Of a stretch of DNA of 64,000 nt, positions 18,762 through 25,905 are shown in pieces. The notes beneath the pieces were generated by a model that saw nothing but the letters and a program-made list of their open reading frames with translations, had not been told where the DNA came from and did no database searches. The stretch lies in assembly GCA_965201075.1 (NCBI GenBank), contig CBDAVP010000015.1, positions 1 to 64,000 on the forward strand, in the 5' to 3' direction. The position numbers and the translations under genes are program-made. The DNA comes from Isosphaeraceae bacterium (GTDB taxonomy: Bacteria > Planctomycetota > Planctomycetia > Isosphaerales > Isosphaeraceae). The first letter of the stretch is position 1. Every line of letters begins with the position of its first letter.

Positions 18762-19667
18762 TCAGGCCTTCAGGAGGGAGGGGGGATCTTCGGGATTGGA
18801 CGATTTGGGGTCCTTCTTGCGGGATCTGCGGGGTTCGTCGCGGATCATCGGCTTCACCGGCGTGATTGGGAACTCGCCCGGGATGTAGGCCGGCAGGTCG
18901 CCCCGGTCGATGGGTCGGGGGGTTGGGCGGCTGGTCTTGAACTGGGAGCGATACCAGCCGAGGCGGCGGTCGACGCCCCGGGCTTCCTTGCGCAGTTCCT
19001 TTAGTTCGGGAGTGGCGGGGGCGAGGCCGGCCATCGCGGCGGCTCGTTCGGTGGCGTCGATAGGGGTGAGGGTGGCGGCGAGGTCGCGGTGGCGCTGGGC
19101 CTGCGCTTTGGCCAGGGCGATGAGGTGGGTTTTGGGGTCGACGTTGGGTGGGGTGTCCAGTGGGGTAACGGCGTCTCGCAGTTCGGGGGGGATTCCCAGA
19201 AGGTTCATCGCGAGCAGACGGTTGGGCTCGGACCAGACGCCTCGGGCCTCGGCGGTGGCCTGGAGAATCTCCCAGTGTTCGGCCAGGAGTTCGCAGCCAT
19301 GCCTGGTCCTGCGTAAACGGGTGATGATGAGGGCGGGGTGCCGCATCAGGCCGGCGGCGAGGGCCTCGACGTCGGCGCGGCGGTCGTAATCCCAGTAGAG
19401 TTGGGCTCGTTGGGCCTGGGCGTGTCGCAGGAGAATTTCTTGCTGGTGGATGCGATCGGTGTGGAGAGTGGTTTGGCCGACGCCCTGTTCGAGCCAGAGT
19501 TCGTATTCGTCCCAGGGTTTGAGTGAGGAATTCCAGAGGTTCATGCGGTCGATGAGGGCCTGGGCCTCCTGGTCGGGGGGGATGACTCTGAGGGTGGCCA
19601 GGGGGAGCGGTGATGGGGTCGGGGCGGAGGATTGGAATTCGGCGGGGATTGCGGGTTCGGGGGCCAT
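18762..19667 (-). CDS. Hypothetical helical protein (planctomycete-type)
   Basis: 301-aa ORF with gene-like composition; no recognised motif. Confidence 0.6.
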   Translation of the reverse strand: MAPEPAIPAEFQSSAPTPSPLPLATLRVIPPDQEAQALIDRMNLWNSSLKPWDEYELWLEQGVGQTTLHTDRIHQQEILLRHAQAQRAQLYWDYDRRADVEALAAGLMRHPALIITRLRRTRHGCELLAEHWEILQATAEARGVWSEPNRLLAMNLLGIPPELRDAVTPLDTPPNVDPKTHLIALAKAQAQRHRDLAATLTPIDATERAAAMAGLAPATPELKELRKEARGVDRRLGWYRSQFKTSRPTPRPIDRGDLPAYIPGEFPITPVKPMIRDEPRRSRKKDPKSSNPEDPPSLLKA

Positions 19668-19884
19668 GAGGGAGACTCGCGGAGAGGGACAGGTTGGGGT
19701 CGTGGGAGCCTCCCGTAGAGGTAGTATGGCGCGCGGGCGGAGGGAATGCGAAGCGGATTATTGCGTTTGCGGGAAATTGACGTCAGCTTGGGAGTATGCG
19801 TTCGGCCGCGGTGTTGGGTCCAAGGATTGTGTCGGAGCCGGGGATCTTGGACTAAATAGATATACGAAGGGATCAAGGCGTTCA

Positions 19885-20228
19885 TTGCACGCGTGGGATA
19901 AAAACCCGTTTAAGGGAAAAGTAGAATGACCCCCTTTTCCCTTCTTGCACGCGTGGGATAAAAACCCGTTTAAGGGAAAAGTAGAATGACCCCCTTTTCC
20001 CTTTGACCCCCTTTTCCCTTCTTGGGATAAAAACCCGTTTAAGGGAAAAGTAGAATGACCCCCTTTTCCCTTTAGAATGACCCCCTTTTCCCTTTCTAGA
20101 ATGACCCCCTTTTCCCTTTTCCCCAGGCCCTCTCATGAGAAAACCCAGATCGGTGCTACGCAAAGGCCACCTGGCACAGGAGGTTAACGCTTAACTTAGG
20201 ACCATTCCTCCCTGACCCCCTTTTCCCT
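19885..20228. repeat. Stuttered tandem repeat array of a RAYT-end/REP-like motif
   Basis: 60-bp unit repeated (19885-19944, 19945-20003), then shorter nested copies; core TGACCCCCTTTTCCCT at 19927, 19987, 20004, 20056, 20078, 20102, 20213; hairpin AAGGGAAAAG/CTTTTCCCTT. Confidence 0.92.
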
Positions 20229-21308
20229 CCCGAAATACCGCCGCTGAAAGAAGAACGCGACGTTGACCAGGCCGATGAGTGCCGGGACTTCAACGAGCGG
20301 CCCAACGACGGCCGCGAACGCTGCCCCGGAGTTAATGCCAAAGACCGACACCGCCACGGCGATGGCAAGCTCAAAGTTGTTGCCCGCCGCCGTGAAGGCG
20401 AGGGTAGCCGTCTTCGAGTAGTCCGCCCCGAGTTTGTACCCGAGGTAGAACGAGACGAGGAACATCACGACGAAGTAAATCAGGAGCGGGACCGCGATTC
20501 GGAGCACGTCGAGCGGAACCCGGACGATGTTTCCGCCCTGAAGGGAAAACATCACGACGATAGTGAAGAGGAGCGAGACGAGCGTGATGGGCGAAATTCG
20601 CGGGATGAATCGCGTCTCATACCACTCCCGGCCTTTCGCCCGGAGGAGCACGAAGCGAGTCAGCATCCCCGCCAGGAACGGGATTCCGAGATAGATAAAC
20701 ACGCTCTTTGCAATCGACCCCATCGTGATGCCCGAAAGGTCCAAGTCGCTGAAGCTCACGCCGAGGAGCGTCGGAAGCACCTTGATAAAGATGAACGCAT
20801 AGGCCGAGTAAAAGAGCACTTGAAAGACGGAGTTGAAGGCGACGAGGCCCGCCGCATATTCGCTATCGCCCTTCGCGAGTTCGTTCCAGACGATGACCAT
20901 CGCGATGCAGCGAGCGAGCCCAATCATGATGAGCCCGATGGCATACTCTGGCTTGTCCGCGAGGAACGCGAGAGCCAGGCCGAACATCAGGAGCGGACCG
21001 ATTATCCAGTTCTGAACGAGCGAGAGCCCGAGAATGCGAGTGTTCCTAAAGACTCCCCCAAGCTCCTCGTATTTCACCTTCGCGAGAGGCGGATACATCA
21101 TCAGGATGAGCCCGACCGCGATGGGAATCGAAGTCGTCCCGACCGACATTCGGGTGATGCTCTCAGTCACGGCCGGAGCGAAGCAGCCGAGGCCGACGCC
21201 GAGAGCCATCGCGAGGAAAATCCAGAGCGTCAGGTAGCGGTCGAGAAATGAGAGACGGCCCCGGCCTTTCAAAGAGGACGTCGGGCGGCAAGTCGATGTC
21301 GGTTCCAT
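20196..21308 (-). CDS. acr3: Arsenite efflux transporter Acr3
   Basis: [60 protein letters not shown]. Confidence 0.96.
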   Translation of the reverse strand: MEPTSTCRPTSSLKGRGRLSFLDRYLTLWIFLAMALGVGLGCFAPAVTESITRMSVGTTSIPIAVGLILMMYPPLAKVKYEELGGVFRNTRILGLSLVQNWIIGPLLMFGLALAFLADKPEYAIGLIMIGLARCIAMVIVWNELAKGDSEYAAGLVAFNSVFQVLFYSAYAFIFIKVLPTLLGVSFSDLDLSGITMGSIAKSVFIYLGIPFLAGMLTRFVLLRAKGREWYETRFIPRISPITLVSLLFTIVVMFSLQGGNIVRVPLDVLRIAVPLLIYFVVMFLVSFYLGYKLGADYSKTATLAFTAAGNNFELAIAVAVSVFGINSGAAFAAVVGPLVEVPALIGLVNVAFFFQRRYFGREKGVREEWS

Positions 21309-21403
21309 TAATGTAATTCTCTTGATTTGATTGAAGAAGATGGCCCTGACGGTCGGGATGGACCCGGCCGGAGGGCCTATTAGAACCTTCGATTTACTGG
21401 CCT

Positions 21404-22438
21404 CTATCGCTCGGTCGTTCCGTGAGCGAGCTTCTGAGCTTCCCCGAGGCGGTTTCTGACCCGCATCATCACGGAGAGCATCATCCGGCCCATGTCGTCC
21501 CGCCGCTCCGCATACTTCGCCGACTCGTAAGAGCCGCCGTCGTAAATTTTCGGGTCGAGATAGGGCATCGAAACCCGGAGCGACGCACCACGAACGAACG
21601 GACAACCGGCGTCCGCTTCGCTACAGACCATCAGGGCGGCAAAGCCCTTCTGAGGGTTTGCCTTGTCGTCGTAGAGCTTTGAGAACTCGGTAGTCTCGAA
21701 GCCCTCGCCCCAGCGGACGCGGTAGGCCGGATTTTCCGTCTTCGGTTCTCCCCGAAGAGCTTCCTTCCCGGTTGGTTCGACCTCGACGTTGATGGCTTTC
21801 AGCGTCAAGACCGTTCGCGAGTTGAACGCCGTCGGAGCCGTCCCGCCGCTGAAGCAGTGGATTTCAGGGAGCCCGTAATAGCTCGCCGCGATGTTCCCGG
21901 TCGTTGACCCGAGGATGCTCCGGCGAGAGTTCCCCGTGCAGACGAAGACGATGTTCAGCGGCTCCCCAGACCGGTAGTTCTCGGCAATCCATTCGACGAG
22001 CTTTTCCGAGCCTTCCCGGTGGGCTTCATCAATCAGGTCAAAGCCCGTAGTGAGGAAGTCCGCATGAGTCCTGACGCCCGGGAGGAGTTTTGTCCGGGAC
22101 ACCGGGACCGATGCCCCGAGAGCTTCCCGGACTTCTGACGGTTCGAGCCGACCATCGGCCCCGGCGAGCTTCGACAGTGTTTCGTCAGTCATGAGAGCAC
22201 CGAGGCCCTTCGCGGTGAAAACGCCGTCCTTTCCGAGAGCTTTCGAGAGGAGGGCTTTTGTCCTGATGTCATTCGCCGGGTTTGTCGCGTCGGGTTTGCC
22301 GTAGCGATGGACGAGCCAGAGGCCACGGACGAGCGGCCCTGGGTCAGAACCGTTTTCCCGCTCGCCCGCATAAGCGGACGGAGCGGGAAGAGCGAGAGCG
22401 GTGGCGACGAGAACGAGGCCCGAGAGACGATTCACCAT
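21404..22438 (-). CDS. ArsC/LMW-PTP fold protein with signal peptide and N-terminal extension
   Basis: P-loop [14 protein letters not shown], redox-like pair [19 protein letters not shown]-terminal [24 protein letters not shown]. Confidence 0.85.
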   Translation of the reverse strand: MVNRLSGLVLVATALALPAPSAYAGERENGSDPGPLVRGLWLVHRYGKPDATNPANDIRTKALLSKALGKDGVFTAKGLGALMTDETLSKLAGADGRLEPSEVREALGASVPVSRTKLLPGVRTHADFLTTGFDLIDEAHREGSEKLVEWIAENYRSGEPLNIVFVCTGNSRRSILGSTTGNIAASYYGLPEIHCFSGGTAPTAFNSRTVLTLKAINVEVEPTGKEALRGEPKTENPAYRVRWGEGFETTEFSKLYDDKANPQKGFAALMVCSEADAGCPFVRGASLRVSMPYLDPKIYDGGSYESAKYAERRDDMGRMMLSVMMRVRNRLGEAQKLAHGTTER

Positions 22439-22475
22439 GCCAATCTCCGAGGGTAGAGGAGGTCAAAACCAGCAC

Positions 22476-23306
22476 TCACTTCGTCGCGGTGATGTTCACG
22501 CTTAGAAGGTGCTCGACGCCCGGAGGGGGAGTTGTCCCCGAGACCTCGACCATCTTCCTTGCCGCGTTCGGGTGCTTTTCGACCCCGACCGACTTGAACC
22601 CGGCCGCTTTCAGGCGAGCCACGTAGTTGTCAAGAACCAAGGCCCCGCCGATGCAGCCAACGATTGCTTCCAAGTCTCGCCGGACGGTCTCTTCAGGCTC
22701 GACCTCCCAGGCCATGTCAGAGACCGCGAGCCGCCCGCCGGGCTTGAGCACGCGAACAATTTCCCGGAAGGCCCGGTCCTTGTCCGGGACGAGGTTCAGG
22801 ACGCAATTGCTGATGACCACATCGGCCGAAGAGTCCTCGACCGGCATCGACTCGATTTCGCCCTTTCGGAACTCGACGTTCGAGAACCCGGCCTTCTCGG
22901 CATAGGCCCGAGCCTTCTCAAGCATCGCGTCGGTCATGTCCACGCCGATTGCCCGGCCGGTCGGACCGACCTTCGAGGAGGCAAGGAAGATGTCGAACCC
23001 GGCCCCGCTCCCGAGGTCAATCACGACCTCACCAAGTCGAAGGGCCGCGAGAGTTTGCGGGTTGCCGCAGGAGAGCCCGAGGTTCGCCCCTTCCGGGATT
23101 GAGGCGAGTTCCGCAGTGGTGTAGCCGAAGCTCTCGGCCAGGTCCGCCGCGTTCTCCGTGCAGCCACAAAGAGAACCGCAGGTTGCCGTTCCCTCAGCTA
23201 CTTCCGCGTAACGAGCCTTCACCGACTCTTTCAGTTGAACGCTTGCCGCGGCTTCGGTGCAGCAATCAGGTCCGCAGCACGGTTCTTCGATGGTCTTCAG
23301 TTCCAT
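22476..23306 (-). CDS. arsM: Arsenite S-adenosylmethionine methyltransferase
   Basis: [43 protein letters not shown]. Confidence 0.95.
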   Translation of the reverse strand: MELKTIEEPCCGPDCCTEAAASVQLKESVKARYAEVAEGTATCGSLCGCTENAADLAESFGYTTAELASIPEGANLGLSCGNPQTLAALRLGEVVIDLGSGAGFDIFLASSKVGPTGRAIGVDMTDAMLEKARAYAEKAGFSNVEFRKGEIESMPVEDSSADVVISNCVLNLVPDKDRAFREIVRVLKPGGRLAVSDMAWEVEPEETVRRDLEAIVGCIGGALVLDNYVARLKAAGFKSVGVEKHPNAARKMVEVSGTTPPPGVEHLLSVNITATK

Positions 23307-23321
23307 TGGAAAGTCTCCGAT

Positions 23322-23343
23322 TATATCCGCTTAGGCGGATATA
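23322..23343. promoter_or_regulatory. Putative ArsR operator upstream of arsM
   Basis: Perfect palindrome TATATCCGC-N4-GCGGATATA; related copy at the arsR start. Confidence 0.7.
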
Positions 23344-23383
23344 TTGAGTCGCTAAAAAACCGCCCCACGGGCGGCAGTGAAAA

Positions 23384-23737
23384 TCAGCAGCAGGTCAGAC
23401 GTCCCACCCGTTCCTTGTCTCGCGTGAACGTCTCAACGTCTCCGAAGCAGGTCCCGATTGAGCCGAGAAGAGTTCGGTGAAGACCAGGACCACCCGGCTT
23501 TGCCAAACGGTAGTGGACCCATAATCCGTCCTTCCGACCCACCACCAGGCCCGTCTTTTTGAGATAGGCCAGGTGCCGGGAGACCGTCGGTTGCGGCAGC
23601 TCAAGAGCCCCGTGCAGGTGGCAGACGCAGACCTCACGGTCCGCGAGAAGGTTCATGAGCCGAAGTCGCACCGGGTCCGCGAACGCCTTGAAGAGGCGAG
23701 CTGAGGAGTCCAGCGGATTTGTCGATGTCGTCTTCAT
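23384..23737 (-). CDS. arsR: ArsR/SmtB family repressor
   Basis: FKAFADPVRLRL, EVCVCHL As-binding box, QPTVSRHLAYL, C-terminal CC. Confidence 0.95.
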   Translation of the reverse strand: MKTTSTNPLDSSARLFKAFADPVRLRLMNLLADREVCVCHLHGALELPQPTVSRHLAYLKKTGLVVGRKDGLWVHYRLAKPGGPGLHRTLLGSIGTCFGDVETFTRDKERVGRLTCC

Positions 23738-23777
23738 ACGCCTAAACGAATATACTCCCCACGAACCGTGGGGTCAA
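23736..23777 (-). promoter_or_regulatory. Sigma70-type arsR promoter with overlapping operator
   Basis: -35 TTGACC (23777-23772), 17-bp spacer, -10 TATATT (23754-23749); operator-like ATATTCGTTTAGGCGTAT runs into the ATG. Confidence 0.75.
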
Positions 23778-24058
23778 GACGCCGACCGAGCCGCCTCTCT
23801 CTCGGGCAGTTCGGCCGCCATCCTGGCTAGCTTCTACTTCGAGCGTCCCGGCCGGCTCATCCGCCCGGTTGCGACACTCGGAGACCATCGCTCGGCCACG
23901 GTTCTCGCTTCGAGCCGAGCTTTTTCCGAGCGATGGTCCCTCGGTCGCTTAGTACTACAGCGCTAAGTCTTTCCCCAGGCACAGTGTGGCACCTCGGTGA
24001 GTTTGATACCCAACCCTCGCAGCCTCTTTCGCATTGCCTTGGTGTGGCTCTTCCGTAA

Positions 24059-24168
24059 GTCGATAAAGGGTCATTCTACTTTTCCACATGTTTCGTCGGC
24101 CGCAGGTCGATAAGGGGTCAGCAGGTCGATAAGGGGTCATTCTACTTTTCCATATGTTTCTTCGGCCG
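24059..24168. repeat. Tandemly duplicated 3' end of the RAYT element
   Basis: GTCGATAARGGGTCATTCTACTTTTCCAYATGTTTCKTCGGCCG present twice with a partial copy between; reverse complement contains GGAAAAGTAGAATGACCC, as in the 19.9-20.1 kb array. Confidence 0.88.
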
Positions 24169-24803
24169 TTCCCGGGTGTCAGGGTGGATTCGAGACCTAA
24201 TCCCTCGGCGGCTTGGCGTGTCCAGCCGTCCGAGCCGGAGGGCAAGCCGCCGATTACACAGTGCCGCAAGGCCGCTAGCTCCGCTTCGCTCATGGGTTGG
24301 TCGACGCGTGCGATCCACTGGGCGTTGGAGAGTTCCGGGACGGGTTCCAGTTCCACGGGGCCGGGCGGCCGCGTGGAGTGAGCCGTGTGGCGAAGCCTCG
24401 GCGCAACTCACCAGTCCGGCACGCAGAGCGTTGCGCTCCACGTAGCGGAAAACCGTCAGAATTTGGCTATCGTCCTGGCAGGGAAATACCTTGAGTTGCC
24501 TTTGTCAAACGTGGTCACTGGGACCGCAAACTCAACGGGAACGCAGGACGTGGGTTGTCAGCAGCCATTGCATTCAACGCGACAGGTCGCCGTCGCCGTG
24601 GGGCCGCGCCACCGGATGGAAGTGGTCGGGCGTAACTCAGTAAGCCAGCACGCGCATTGGCAAGCGGGCCTGGGCGTCGGCGATGGCTATCAGGAAGGCC
24701 AGGTAGTCGTCGGGCTTGTGGAAGACTTCGGCGCGGCCGTTGCCCCGGTTCCGGGCGTGATAGCAATAAGCGGGTGACCGAGGTTCGGAGGGTGCGTCCC
24801 CCA
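24142..24803 (-). pseudogene. REP-associated tyrosine (Y1/HUH) transposase (RAYT), inactivated
   Basis: YHARNRGNGRAEVFHKPDDY...VLAY*VTPDHFH...DLSR*MQWLLTTH...HV*QR...FRYVERNALRAGLV; 4 in-frame stops plus frameshifts. Confidence 0.9.
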
Positions 24804-24854
24804 ACCTACGGATTGGCACCAGCAAGCGAGCGGGGAGAAGGACCTCTTTTTCAG

Positions 24855-24943
24855 CGGAGAGGGGGGGATTCGAACCCCCGAGAGCGCTTTCGCACCCTAA
24901 CGGTTTAGCAAACCGTCGCTTTCGACCACTCAGCCACCTCTCC
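24855..24943 (-). tRNA. tRNA-Ser(GCT)
   Basis: Acceptor GGAGAGG/CCTCTCC, anticodon arm ACGGT-TTGCTAA-ACCGT, long variable arm, GGTTCGAATCC. Confidence 0.95.
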
Positions 24944-25020
24944 GAGGAAGCATGGCGACGACTTTGGGAAAATGTACCAGCCCAATGCCAATCTCGTCAA
25001 TGGACGGCAGGAACCTGTCC

Positions 25021-25221
25021 GGGCCGTTCAGTTCCCACTTTGGGTGGACCAGCGGGGACTGGGGACTGGCTCCGGCGGTACGCCGCTGGTGCCGCTCTCC
25101 CGTTCGCCGCCTCATGTCCTTCCACGCCGCCCACCGGTCCCCGGAATGGGGGAACAGGCAACGGCGGAGTACCGCTGGAGCCAGTCCCCGATTGCAAGGC
25201 CGATGGATTAACGAACGGCCC
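25021..25221. repeat. REPIN/MITE-like palindromic dispersed element, copy 1
   Basis: Arms GGGGACTGGCTCCGGCGGTAC (25061-81) and GTACCGCTGGAGCCAGTCCCC (25169-89); outer GGGCCGTTC/GAACGGCCC; homologous to 54727-54881. Confidence 0.8.
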
Positions 25222-25317
25222 TGAGGAACCTGTGTGCGATTCTCGGATGACCCCTCCTCCCGTTTTTTTGTACAGTCTGGGTGGGGAGGCGATTTTGGCT
25301 GGGGCGAGGAGAATTCC

Positions 25318-25905
25318 ATGAATTCGTCGGGAGAGTTGATCCTCGCCAGCACGTCTCGGTATCGACGCGAGTTGCTGGAACGTCTCGGGTTGCCGTTCCG
25401 CTGCGTGGATCCTGGGGTGGATGAGAACGAAGTGAAGCGGTTGGGCCTGGGTTCTCGCAAATTGGCGGAAAAACTGGCGCTTCTCAAGGCGTTGGCCGTG
25501 GCGGGGCAATGGCCGGGCGCGACGGTGATTGGTGGGGATCAGGTTGTCTCGTTCGAGGGCCAGGCGCTGGGTCAGCCGGGAACGGTTGAGCGGGCGGTGG
25601 ATCAGTTGGTGGCGATGGCGGGGCGCCCTCATCAGTTGATTACCGCGATGGTGGTGCTCCATCGTGGCGAGGTTCGCGGGGAGACCGACGTGGCGACGCT
25701 TTGGATGCGTGACCTGGACCGGGAGGCTTTGGAGCGGGTCGTGAGGGCGGATCGGCCGTTGGATTGCGCGGGCGGGTACAAACTGGAGGGACGGGGGATC
25801 ACCCTCTTTGAGCGGGTGGAATCGGCCGATCAGACGGCCATTCTGGGGTTGCCGCTGATTGCCCTCACGACGGTCTTGCGCGAGCTGGGGTGGACGATTC
25901 CTTGA
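25318..25905 (+). CDS. maf: Maf family nucleoside triphosphate pyrophosphatase (YceF-like)
   Basis: LILASTSRYRRELL, VIGGDQV, DCAGGYKLEG, ILGLPL. Confidence 0.92.
   Translation: MNSSGELILASTSRYRRELLERLGLPFRCVDPGVDENEVKRLGLGSRKLAEKLALLKALAVAGQWPGATVIGGDQVVSFEGQALGQPGTVERAVDQLVAMAGRPHQLITAMVVLHRGEVRGETDVATLWMRDLDREALERVVRADRPLDCAGGYKLEGRGITLFERVESADQTAILGLPLIALTTVLRELGWTIP

Noticed and set aside
19679..19688. att-site duplication of the tRNA-Ser 3' end (GCGGAGAGGG)
   Set aside because: Only 10 bp in G-rich sequence and no integrase; compatible with chance
19885..20120. CRISPR array
   Set aside because: No unique spacers, units are nested duplications of unequal length, and no cas genes are present
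19882..20163. 93-aa repetitive ORF (KGKRGSFYFSLKRVF...)
   Set aside because: Translation of the DNA repeat array
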